A stretch of 64,000 nucleotides of DNA from an uncultured Pseudomonadota bacterium (GTDB lineage: Bacteria; Myxococcota_A; UBA796; SXON01), in NCBI GenBank assembly GCA_903900265.1, contig CAIUMM010000040.1, forward strand, positions 19,041 to 83,040, given 5' to 3'. A program made the position numbers and the translations under genes. Shown one piece after another: positions 38,017-46,716 of the stretch. Under the pieces are notes generated by a model. That model saw only the letters and a program-made list of their open reading frames with translations. It made no database searches and was not told where the DNA came from. Each line of letters starts with the position of its first letter. Positions within the stretch are counted from its first letter, which is position 1.

Positions 38017-38751
38017 GTGACCATCCCCGAGCAGTTTCGCCCTTTCGACGACGCCCAACGCCGAGCCATCGCGCTCACTTCGGACGTGGTGCGACGTCTG
38101 GAGGCGGGGATGAGCGAGCGTGACATTCACGAGCTGGCCGAGACACGGCTCGGGAGCCATGGATTTTCGGGCTGGTACCACGCTCCTGAGGTCAGGGTGC
38201 GCCCGTTCGGAGACGCCGGTCTGCTCCGGCGCCCAAGCGCCACAACGAAGCTCGAACCGGGCGACATGGTGAGCATCGACGTCGGTCCCGCCGACGGCTC
38301 CGCGTACGGAGATTTCGGCACCACCGTCACCTTCGCGGCGGCGGACGACACAGAAGCGACCGTGCTCTCCGTAGCCCGGGACTGCATCCGCGCCTCCTGC
38401 GGCTACTCCTCCCGGTGGAAGACCATGGGAGAGATCGTCATTTTTGCGCAGGCGTGGGCGGTCAACCACCGCATGACGCTCGCACAAAAAGAGAACGTCG
38501 GGCATCGAATCATCGGCAAAGAGGGCTGGACCTCAGTGGGCTTTCCGAAGAGCGCGCACGCCGCGACCTTGATGCGCCGCAACCAACTGCACAGGTTGAA
38601 CCCCACGAGGATGAGCGGCATGTTCGCGATTCGTCCCGAAGTGGACGACAAGGGACATCGGGCGAGCTTTGAGGAGATCGTCTACGTCGACGGAGACGCG
38701 AAGGGCGTGCTCGGTCGGGACTCGCTGGCCGAGGTCGGCACGCTCCCCTGA
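38017..38751 (+). CDS. M24 (pita-bread fold) peptidase-like protein
   Basis: GMSERDI, LEPGDMVSIDVG...YGDFGTT, VGH, FEEIV. Confidence 0.7.
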   Translation: MTIPEQFRPFDDAQRRAIALTSDVVRRLEAGMSERDIHELAETRLGSHGFSGWYHAPEVRVRPFGDAGLLRRPSATTKLEPGDMVSIDVGPADGSAYGDFGTTVTFAAADDTEATVLSVARDCIRASCGYSSRWKTMGEIVIFAQAWAVNHRMTLAQKENVGHRIIGKEGWTSVGFPKSAHAATLMRRNQLHRLNPTRMSGMFAIRPEVDDKGHRASFEEIVYVDGDAKGVLGRDSLAEVGTLP

Positions 38752-38759
38752 GCTCCGTT

Positions 38760-39440
38760 TCAGCCCTCGACCTCACGGAGCGCGAGCATCGCGAGCTCCA
38801 CTTCAGCAGCGGCTTTGGAGCTCGCGCTGGCGGGGCCGAACACCCGCTTGCCCAACACCAGCTCCACCCGCCACAAGCGCGCATGATCATTGCCCGTGCT
38901 GCCCGCGTCGCGGTACAGCGGCAGCGGCCTGCCCGCTTTCTGCTCGCGAGCTTGTAGCTGGCTTTTGAAGTCTACCGAAGGGGTTTCGATCCCCTCGATG
39001 CAGGCCTTGAAGGCATCCCCAAACTCGACGCGCACCGCATCGAAGCCGCCATCCTCATAGACCGCGCCGATCAGCGCTTCGAGGCAGTCGGCGAGCACTT
39101 TTTCGCGCCCAGCCGTACCATCCCGCGATGCGCCCTTGCCGAGCCGCAAGGCGCTGCCGAGGTTCATCTGCCGAGCGAGGTCGGCGATGTGCGCGTTTCC
39201 GACGAGCCGACCCAGCGTGGGGGACAAGCTCCCCTCCGGCCAATCGGGAAATTCCTCATACAACAGCTCGGCGACGAGCAGCTTCAGGGCGGCATCGCCC
39301 AAGAACTCCAGGCGTTGGTTCGAGGGGACATGCGCCTCAGCCGCGTAGCTCGGGTGGGTCAGCGCGGTGACCAACAAGCTGGGGTCCTTGAAGGCGTGCC
39401 GCAGGCCGGCGACGCCGCCGGGCGCGTCGGATGCGCTCAC
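38760..39440 (-). CDS. rnc: Ribonuclease III
   Basis: ALTHPS, NQRLEFLGDA, ADCLEALIGAVYED, dsRBD DFKSQLQ...SKAAAE. Confidence 0.93.
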   Translation of the reverse strand: MSASDAPGGVAGLRHAFKDPSLLVTALTHPSYAAEAHVPSNQRLEFLGDAALKLLVAELLYEEFPDWPEGSLSPTLGRLVGNAHIADLARQMNLGSALRLGKGASRDGTAGREKVLADCLEALIGAVYEDGGFDAVRVEFGDAFKACIEGIETPSVDFKSQLQAREQKAGRPLPLYRDAGSTGNDHARLWRVELVLGKRVFGPASASSKAAAEVELAMLALREVEG

Positions 39441-40552
39441 GGCGACAACTCAGCCGCGTCTTCGGTCCATGCCTTGCGGATCGTAGCGCCGCCGAGCACC
39501 TCCGCTCCCGAGTACAACACCACAGCTTGTCCGGGGCTGGCCGCGCGCGCAGGCGCACGAAAGCGCAGGCGCACCTTGCGCTCCGCCGTCTCCTCAACAG
39601 TACAAGCAAGCCGCGCGCCCCGATGACGAACCCGCGCCTCCACCGGCTCCCCGGGCTCGGGCTTGCGAATCCAGTGCATGCCAATCGCGTCCAACCCGAG
39701 ATGCGCGAGGCGAGAATTGGGGCCCACCGTCACGCGGCGCGACGCCGCATCGATGTTGAGCACGTACAACGGCCCGACTTCCGGGGTGCTTGAGATGCCC
39801 AGCCCACGGCGCTGTCCCACCGTGAACGCGTGGTACGCAGCGTGACGACCGAGCACGCGCCCGCTCTCGTCCACGATATCCCCGGCGTAGTCTTCGACCT
39901 CCACGCCCGAGGCCGCAGCGCGTTCCGCGACGTGACTCTCTACGAAGCGGGCGTGATCATCGTCCGGGATAAAGCACACCTCCATCGACTCCGGCTTCTG
40001 CGCCGTGCGCAGGCCCATGCGCTCCGCGTGGCCGCGCACCTCGGGCTTCGTCATCCCACCGAGCGGGAAAAGCGTACGTTCGAGCGCGTCAGGACGGATG
40101 GGGTACAGGAAGTAGGACTGGTCTTTGTCGGGGTCCGTCGCGCAATAGAGGCGGCCGTCGATCACGCGGGCATAGTGGCCGGTGGCCAGCGCCTCTGCGC
40201 CGAGCGCACGAGCGCGCGACAACAGGATGTCGAACTTCAGCACGCCATTGCATTGTACGCAGGGGTTCGGAGTAAAACCAGCGAGGTAGTTATTGGCGAA
40301 GTCCGCCATGACCGCCTTGCTGAAGGCCTCCTGCAAGTTCAGCACGTAGAACGGGATCCCGAGTCGCGCCGCGACGGAGCGCGCGTCGAGCGCGTCATCG
40401 AGTCCGCAGCAATGCCCCGCCGGCGCCAACGTAGACGCAGGAGCATCGTGCAATTTCATGTGCACGCCGATCACCTCGTGCCCCGCCTCCACAAGGAGGC
40501 CGGCCGCAACCGAGGAGTCGACCCCACCGCTCATAGCAACAACAATGCGCAT
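39437..40552 (-). CDS. mnmA: tRNA 2-thiouridylase
   Basis: AMSGGVDSS, TPNPCVQCN, ATGHYA, KDQSYFL, ESMEVCF, PGQAVVLY. Confidence 0.96.
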   Translation of the reverse strand: MRIVVAMSGGVDSSVAAGLLVEAGHEVIGVHMKLHDAPASTLAPAGHCCGLDDALDARSVAARLGIPFYVLNLQEAFSKAVMADFANNYLAGFTPNPCVQCNGVLKFDILLSRARALGAEALATGHYARVIDGRLYCATDPDKDQSYFLYPIRPDALERTLFPLGGMTKPEVRGHAERMGLRTAQKPESMEVCFIPDDDHARFVESHVAERAAASGVEVEDYAGDIVDESGRVLGRHAAYHAFTVGQRRGLGISSTPEVGPLYVLNIDAASRRVTVGPNSRLAHLGLDAIGMHWIRKPEPGEPVEARVRHRGARLACTVEETAERKVRLRFRAPARAASPGQAVVLYSGAEVLGGATIRKAWTEDAAELSP

Positions 40553-40650
40553 CGCCCCCGCTTACCCCGATGACGGGCGGGTTGCGCCCCCGAGACACAA
40601 CCGCAGCACCTCCCCACAACCCGCCAATCGGCTTAGAAGCCCCTCACCGC

Positions 40651-41898
40651 ATGTCCAGACCTTCATTTTCGACCAGCCGCCTTGTGATCGTCGCAACGCT
40701 CGCGCTCGCTGCCATCGGCATCGCGTGGGCGCGGGGACGCAAAAACGAAGCCGAGCCCGTAACGGCCTCCGAAGCCGAGACGAGCGCAGCGCCGGTCGTT
40801 CTGGAGCAGGCTGCCGCGGCGCCGCCCGCGCCAGCAGCTCCGCGACTGTTCACGCACGACGGGGCGAATCCCGCGCTCCCGGTCACGCTCGACGTGCTCC
40901 CGGCAGGCCTCGCCTCGATGTCGGCGCAAGGGTGCAACGCCTGCCACGCCGCGGCGCACGACACGTGGGCGACCTCGCGCCACGCCCACGCATGGTCCGA
41001 TCCGGTTTTTCAGGCCGCGATCGCCAGCGCCGGCGACAGCACCGCCTGCCAATCCTGCCACCTGCCCATCCAAGCGCAGCACGCCACGATCGCCACCGGC
41101 TACGTCGATGGCGCGATCTCGCGCCCCGAGCTCGTCGCAAACACTGCGTTTGACGCAGGCTTACGCGCAGAGGGTGTGACGTGCGTCGCATGTCACGTAC
41201 GCACGCTCCCCGACGGCTCGGCCACCGTGCTCGGCTCGCGTCCATCGACCAACAGCCCGCACAGCGTCACCGTCACCGACGAGCTGAGCAAGTCCGAGCT
41301 GTGCGCCACCTGCCATGAAGTGACGTGGCCCGGGGCTGACAAGCCCTACTACGGGACCTACTCGGAGTGGACGGCCTCGGGCTGGTCCAAGGCCGGCGTT
41401 ACCTGCCAGAGCTGCCACATGGCGCCTACGACCGGGGCCCAGATTCCCGGCACCAACGGAAGCGGCGCCGCCCACACGTTCGCGGCGGATCCTGCCCGCG
41501 CGCTCTCGGCGCTGGTGCGGATGCCAGGGACGATCCACCGTAACGAGCCTTTCGACCTGACCCTCACGCTTCAGAACACCGGCGCGGGTCACTCCGTGCC
41601 CACCGGCAACCCTGCGAACACCGCGGTCGTGACCGTCGCGGTGCTGGACAGCGCAGGCAAGGAGCTGGCCGCAGCCTGGCCGCAGACCTTCGCGCGCACC
41701 GTCGAGGCCGTAGCGCCGTACAAGACGCTGACCGACACGCGCATCGCGTCGGGCGGACAAGCCAACGGCACGCACCGCTTCACGCCGTCCGTCAAAGGGG
41801 CCGCGGGGTTGGGCACCGTCGAGGTGCGCCTCACGCTCGGGAACGGCAAGGCCGCGCGCACCGTCGTGCTCACGAAGGTACCCGTCAGCGTGGAGTAG
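40651..41898 (+). CDS. Pentaheme c-type cytochrome (c554/c552-like) with C-terminal Ig-like domain
   Basis: Five CXXCH motifs (CNACH, CQSCH, CVACH, CATCH, CQSCH), N-terminal signal/TM, GAGHSVPTG. Confidence 0.85.
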   Translation: MSRPSFSTSRLVIVATLALAAIGIAWARGRKNEAEPVTASEAETSAAPVVLEQAAAAPPAPAAPRLFTHDGANPALPVTLDVLPAGLASMSAQGCNACHAAAHDTWATSRHAHAWSDPVFQAAIASAGDSTACQSCHLPIQAQHATIATGYVDGAISRPELVANTAFDAGLRAEGVTCVACHVRTLPDGSATVLGSRPSTNSPHSVTVTDELSKSELCATCHEVTWPGADKPYYGTYSEWTASGWSKAGVTCQSCHMAPTTGAQIPGTNGSGAAHTFAADPARALSALVRMPGTIHRNEPFDLTLTLQNTGAGHSVPTGNPANTAVVTVAVLDSAGKELAAAWPQTFARTVEAVAPYKTLTDTRIASGGQANGTHRFTPSVKGAAGLGTVEVRLTLGNGKAARTVVLTKVPVSVE

Positions 41899-42405
41899 TC
41901 AGGGCGCGGGTGTCAGGGCGCCGCGCACGACCACCGCGAGCACGACATCGCCTTCAGCCACGTACCCGTGGGTGACCGAAGCGTCGTTGTACAGCCGATC
42001 TCCCGCGCTCTCCCGCCGACCGTCGGCGAAGCGCATCGTGCCTTCAAGCACGACATACTCCTCTGAGCCAGCGTGGGAGTGCGCCGGAAAGTGCGCGCCC
42101 GACGCGACGCGAACGAGCCCGACATCGGCGCCCGTTGTGCGCGGCCCACCATCGAGATGAAAGGCGACCACGCCCTCAAAATCGGTGTTGGACCAAGCCA
42201 AAGGCCGCTCAGCCTGCTGGAAGATCGTCTCTACCGCGTCTTCCCCAAGGTCCCAGAGCGCAGCAACACGCCCCCGCCACGCCCGCCAGCCCGGCGCCAC
42301 CACGCTCCCCAACAGACGCTCGCGCAGCCCCGCCGAACGAAGGGGCTTCGGTACCGCCGCCAACGCGAGTCCGACGACCGCCGCGCTCTCGTTGTCCCGG
42401 CTCAT
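41899..42405 (-). CDS. ChrR-like cupin anti-sigma factor
   Basis: FPAHSHAGSEEYVVLEG cupin motif; LRERLL helix; ATGA-coupled to the ECF sigma gene. Confidence 0.78.
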   Translation of the reverse strand: MSRDNESAAVVGLALAAVPKPLRSAGLRERLLGSVVAPGWRAWRGRVAALWDLGEDAVETIFQQAERPLAWSNTDFEGVVAFHLDGGPRTTGADVGLVRVASGAHFPAHSHAGSEEYVVLEGTMRFADGRRESAGDRLYNDASVTHGYVAEGDVVLAVVVRGALTPAP

Positions 42406-42992
42406 GCGGCCCCCAACACGTTGCGCAAGCGCGCGAGCCCAGCCGCCATGCGTGATTTGACCGTACCTATGGGAATGGCGAGGTGCGCTGCGATCTCCGA
42501 GCTAGAGAGGCCGTCAAAATAGGCGCACTCCATCACGGCGCGCTGATCGCTGGTCAAGCCAGCGACCACCGCCCGTAAACGCTCGTGATCTCCCCGGTCG
42601 ACGGCGTCTGGCGTAGCGTCCACCAGGCGATGCTCGACGCCGTCCAGCGGGTTCGCGCGCGCGCGGCCGGGCGATTTACAGCGGTCCAAGGCCCGGGAGC
42701 GCGTTCGCGTCACCAACCACGCACGCACGCTGCCTCGCGCCGCGTCGAAGTCGCCCGCCTTCCGCCAGACCTCGACGAACACGTCGTGGAGCAGGTCTTC
42801 CGCCTCTCCTTGGTTCTTCAAGATCCGCAGCCCTACGGCGAGCAACATGTCGGCGTAGCGGTCATAGAGCTGTCCGAGTGCGTGCTGATCTCCGGAGGCG
42901 ACGCGCCGAACCAGCGCAGCGTCGAGTTCCGCGTCGGAATTGGCCGTGCTCCCTCCACGGGTTGCAGGCGCAGACTTCGAGGCGGAAGGCAT
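42402..42992 (-). CDS. ECF RNA polymerase sigma factor
   Basis: ALGQLYDRY, AEDLLHDVFVEVW, WLVTRTRSRALD, region 4 EIAAHLAIPIGTVKSR. ATG at 42992. Confidence 0.92.
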   Translation of the reverse strand: MPSASKSAPATRGGSTANSDAELDAALVRRVASGDQHALGQLYDRYADMLLAVGLRILKNQGEAEDLLHDVFVEVWRKAGDFDAARGSVRAWLVTRTRSRALDRCKSPGRARANPLDGVEHRLVDATPDAVDRGDHERLRAVVAGLTSDQRAVMECAYFDGLSSSEIAAHLAIPIGTVKSRMAAGLARLRNVLGAA

Positions 42993-43093
42993 ACGGCCAC
43001 CGGTAGCCGACCGGCGAGCGGATCGCCAACCCAGGTCGAAGCCGAGGAGCGGGGTCGAGGTGCGAGCGGGGAAAGCGACCATCACCCAACCGG

Positions 43094-43119
43094 TACGAGC
43101 GCGGCCGCACAACGGATCG
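43094..43119 (-). promoter_or_regulatory. Candidate autoregulatory ECF promoter CGATCC-N16-CGTA
   Basis: Minus strand CGATCC gttgtgcggccgcgct CGTA about 100 nt upstream of the sigma gene; resembles my recollection of the TGATCC-N16-CGTA promoter of RpoE-ChrR systems. Confidence 0.5.
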
Positions 43120-43147
43120 CGGAAACTTCGGAGGAGACGGGGCGCGG

Positions 43148-44911
43148 TCAGTCCAGACCAAACTCGTCGGCCGCAGACTTCAACACCACCGCGGGTTGCT
43201 CCTCCTTCAACAACACGAAGGAGCCGATCACCAACGCGTCCATGCCGGTGCGCATGAAGCAACGCCAACCATCCAACGGCGAGCACACCATCGGCTCGCC
43301 CCGCACGTTCATGCTGGTGTTGATGAGCACCGGAACGCCGGTGCGCGCCCCGAACTGCGCGACGAGGTCGTAGTACAACGCGTCCTGATCGCGGGAGATG
43401 GTCTGAATCCGCGCGGATCCATCGACGTGCGTGGTGGCCGGGAGCGCGGGCCGCTCCGGGTTGACCGGCGCGACGAGCAACATGTAGGGCGAAGGACGAT
43501 CGAGCTGAAACCAGTCACTGACGCGCTCTTCGAGCACCACGGGCGCGAAGGGACGAAAGCCCTCGCGCATTTTGATCTTGCGGTTGATGATGTCGCGCAT
43601 CTCGGGGTCCCGGGGATCGCCGAGGATGCTGCGATGGCCCAACGCGCGCGGGCCCCACTCAAAACGCCCGTGAAACCAGCCGACCACCTTGCTCTCCGCG
43701 AGCAGTTCGACCGTACGGGCCAGCAAGGCCTCGCGGTCGAGGCGCACGTAGCGCGCGCCCGCCTCGTCCAGCACCGCCTGCACCGCGTCGTCGTCGTAGG
43801 CAGGACCGAGGTAGACGCTGGGAAGCCGGGGGAGTCTGGGTTTTTTCAGCAGTCCGTTCCACGCCCACAACGCAGCGCCCATCGCGCCGCCCGCGTCTCC
43901 CGCCGAAGGTTGCACGAAGACGTCGTCTACCGGAGCGCGGCGCAGGATCTCCCCGTTCGCCACACAATTCAGCGCCACGCCGCCCGCAAGACAGAGCCGG
44001 GGAAGCCCGGTGGTGCGCACCACATGCGTAGCGAGCCGGACCATGGTGTCGTCGACCACCTCCTGAAGGGATCGAGCGACATCCTTATGAAATTGCGTGA
44101 GCTCTACTTCTTGATTCGGGCGTTCAAGCGGGCGGGCAGGCTGGCCCATCACCTGCTCGAAAGCCCGCGTAAACATATTTTCCCCGGCATCAAAGTCGAA
44201 ATACTGCATGTCGAGCCGAAAGCTCCCATCGTCTTTGACGTGGACCATCTTTCGAATCGCGTCGACGTAGTTGGGCTGCCCGTACGGCGCGAGCCCCATG
44301 ACCTTGTACTCGGCAGAGTTGATCTTGAAGCCGAGATAGTAGGTGAAGGCAGAGTACAACAGCCCAAGCGAGTGCGGAAAGCGAGTTTCACCCTCCAATA
44401 CCAAAGAGTTTTGACGGCCAGCCCCCCAAGAGGACGTGGCCCATTCACCCACGCCGTCCACGGTCAAAACCCCAGCTTCATCCCAGCCCGAACAGAAAAA
44501 AGCGCTGGCGGCGTGGGAAAGGTGGTGCTCGGAGTACAGCAGCGGCCCGCCGTAGTCAACCTCGTCCTTCAGCAACTTGCCAAGGCGAAGCTCGTGATTG
44601 ATGACCGAGGGCAAGCGCCGAACAAAAGCACCGAGCCCGGACGGGAAGCGGTCTACATGCGAGCGTATGGACCGATCAAACTTTCGAAATGGCTTGTCGT
44701 AGAACACAACAGCATCGACCCCACGCATGCCGTCGCGCGACAGGTTCAACCCGCTCTCGGCGAGCACGTACCGGATCGCCTCTTTGGGAAAGCCGCTGTC
44801 ATGCTTTTTGCGTGAAAATGCCTCTTCGGTCACGGCAGCGACGATGCGGCCGTCCTCGATGAGGCAGGCTGCAGCGTCGTGGTAAAAGCAAGAGAGGCCA
44901 AGGATCCGCAT
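43148..44911 (-). CDS. Carbamoyltransferase (NodU/CmcH/TobZ family)
   Basis: YHDAAA, EHHLSHAASAF, DGVGE, EYKVMGLAPYG, AGGVALNC, GPRALGHRS, FRPFAP, HVDGSAR, NTSMN. Confidence 0.93.
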   Translation of the reverse strand: MRILGLSCFYHDAAACLIEDGRIVAAVTEEAFSRKKHDSGFPKEAIRYVLAESGLNLSRDGMRGVDAVVFYDKPFRKFDRSIRSHVDRFPSGLGAFVRRLPSVINHELRLGKLLKDEVDYGGPLLYSEHHLSHAASAFFCSGWDEAGVLTVDGVGEWATSSWGAGRQNSLVLEGETRFPHSLGLLYSAFTYYLGFKINSAEYKVMGLAPYGQPNYVDAIRKMVHVKDDGSFRLDMQYFDFDAGENMFTRAFEQVMGQPARPLERPNQEVELTQFHKDVARSLQEVVDDTMVRLATHVVRTTGLPRLCLAGGVALNCVANGEILRRAPVDDVFVQPSAGDAGGAMGAALWAWNGLLKKPRLPRLPSVYLGPAYDDDAVQAVLDEAGARYVRLDREALLARTVELLAESKVVGWFHGRFEWGPRALGHRSILGDPRDPEMRDIINRKIKMREGFRPFAPVVLEERVSDWFQLDRPSPYMLLVAPVNPERPALPATTHVDGSARIQTISRDQDALYYDLVAQFGARTGVPVLINTSMNVRGEPMVCSPLDGWRCFMRTGMDALVIGSFVLLKEEQPAVVLKSAADEFGLD

Positions 44912-44919
44912 TCGGGAGC

Positions 44920-46716
44920 CTAACGCCGCAAGAGCGTCCAGGAGGCGACCAGCGCCCCATCTGGAGCGCACAAGGTCAGCGTCAGGGCGCTCCACGCAGG
45001 CGCCAGCGTCACCACCGCGACGCCGTCGGCAAACGACGCGGTCATCTCGTCGACCTCGACCTTCCAACCTTTGGAATCCGAGGCGCGCACGACCAACTCA
45101 GTCTCGGTGCGAAGCCCTACCCAAAGCCGCGCAGGTCCGCCCACCCGCGCCATCGCTCCGCCCCGAACCGGCATGGGGACGATCCCTTGCCACGCCAACC
45201 ACCCCTCCCCCGTCCCAAGGGTCCGCACCACGACGTGCTCCCCATCGTCCGACGAGCGCTTGATCGGCGCCTTCAGCCGCGGATCCGGAGCGAGCCCCAT
45301 CTGGCGATAGGCGGCGGCAAGATGGGCGCGAAACAAGCCGTCGAACACATGCGCGACCGGCGTGGAGAACTCGTCGCCATACCACCAGAACCAATCGCTG
45401 CCTTCGGCCGCGAAGAGATGCCGACGAGCCGCCGGTGGACGCCCGGCGCGCTCCCAGCTCCTGCGCGCCTCGGTCAAGAGCTCCCACGCCAATCGGTCTT
45501 CGGCGTGCCCGATCCAAATCTGGAAATTGGCGTTGATCCAAGACCCGGTGTGAAGCGCCTCCAGAGGCCGGGCCGGTACGCGGTCCACAAAATCTTGAAC
45601 GGTGTGCGTGCGCCCCGATTCGAACAGCGCCGTCAGAAACCCCTCCCCGGCATCCGGGTAGTGCTCCCATGGATTTTCACCATCCAACGCTAACAGTACA
45701 GCCCCCGCGTAAGGCCGATGGGCGAGCCGCGCACCAACGGCCCCCAACAAATCACGCGCGGCCCTTGTGCCGTCGATGTCCTGATACGCAAAGCCCACGC
45801 GGTCGGAGAGCCCGTGATCGCGAAACACGAGGCGCATCCCCTCAAAATCTCCGGGCGCGCCGGGCTCCGGCGCAGCGGTAGAGCGCCGAAGCACCTCTTC
45901 GTCGCTCGCCATCCACGAAAATCCAAGATCACGGACGATCCGCGCGACCTCGGGGCTCACCGACCCCTCGGACGGCCACAACCCGCGCACCGGCTGGCCG
46001 CACCAGTCCTCAACCCGGCTACGACCGTCCCGAAGCTGCACCACCGCGTCATCGGGAAAACGAAAGCCGGGATCGGGAACGCCGGGGTTGCAGCGCTGCG
46101 CGTGCGCGTTGTCGACGAGCAACGGCAAGATCGGATGGAAGTAGGGCGAGCAGCTGACCTCGGGGAGATCGCGGTAGAGATCCCGAAGGTGCTTCAAAAT
46201 GTCCCGTTCGATCGCGACCACTGCGTCCAGATCGCGCTGTGAAAACCCACGCTGCCGACGCCGAAGCTCCGCGAGCAACGGATAGTCCTGCAACGCCGAA
46301 AATCCGAACCAGGAGAGCTCGCCCCAGACCACGCGATCCAGAAGCTCGGCAGGCGAAAGCGCAGCGGCCGGGCGCAGACGCGACTCAGCAAATGCAGGGA
46401 ACCAGTCGAAGCGACGCGCGCTGCCGAGCAACGCCTGGTCGGCGAGCAGCAGCGCGTCCCCGCGCGTCAGCGACGCTAACGGCGATTCCAGCAAGCGAAG
46501 CAGCGGATCGGATCCGCCCGCCGCGTAGTGATCCAGCTGGTCCAGCAGCGAGGGCACGAGGTTCACCGTCGCTCGCGCACCCGTCTTCTTCAGGATCCAA
46601 GGCACATCTCGGTAGCCGCGCAGCGCGTGTTTACGCACCCACGGCAACACCGGGTCCCCGGTCACCGGATCGCGGTAATCCGGCTGGTGCATGTGGAGGA
46701 GGATCGGGAGCATCAC
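44920..46716 (-). CDS. Glycoside hydrolase family 57 (amylopullulanase-like)
   Basis: HMHQP, HPILPLL, GLWPSEGSV, ALDGENPWEHY, GSWI, AEGSDWFWW; GTGA overlap with the upstream KS gene. Confidence 0.9.
   Translation of the reverse strand: MMLPILLHMHQPDYRDPVTGDPVLPWVRKHALRGYRDVPWILKKTGARATVNLVPSLLDQLDHYAAGGSDPLLRLLESPLASLTRGDALLLADQALLGSARRFDWFPAFAESRLRPAAALSPAELLDRVVWGELSWFGFSALQDYPLLAELRRRQRGFSQRDLDAVVAIERDILKHLRDLYRDLPEVSCSPYFHPILPLLVDNAHAQRCNPGVPDPGFRFPDDAVVQLRDGRSRVEDWCGQPVRGLWPSEGSVSPEVARIVRDLGFSWMASDEEVLRRSTAAPEPGAPGDFEGMRLVFRDHGLSDRVGFAYQDIDGTRAARDLLGAVGARLAHRPYAGAVLLALDGENPWEHYPDAGEGFLTALFESGRTHTVQDFVDRVPARPLEALHTGSWINANFQIWIGHAEDRLAWELLTEARRSWERAGRPPAARRHLFAAEGSDWFWWYGDEFSTPVAHVFDGLFRAHLAAAYRQMGLAPDPRLKAPIKRSSDDGEHVVVRTLGTGEGWLAWQGIVPMPVRGGAMARVGGPARLWVGLRTETELVVRASDSKGWKVEVDEMTASFADGVAVVTLAPAWSALTLTLCAPDGALVASWTLLRR

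Noticed and set aside
44040-44900. Locally lower GC in the 5' half of the carbamoyltransferase (two hand-counted 60-mers at 48% and 53%)
   Set aside because: Largely explained by Phe/Tyr/Lys-rich coding; no mobility genes or boundary repeats; sample too small to claim horizontal transfer.
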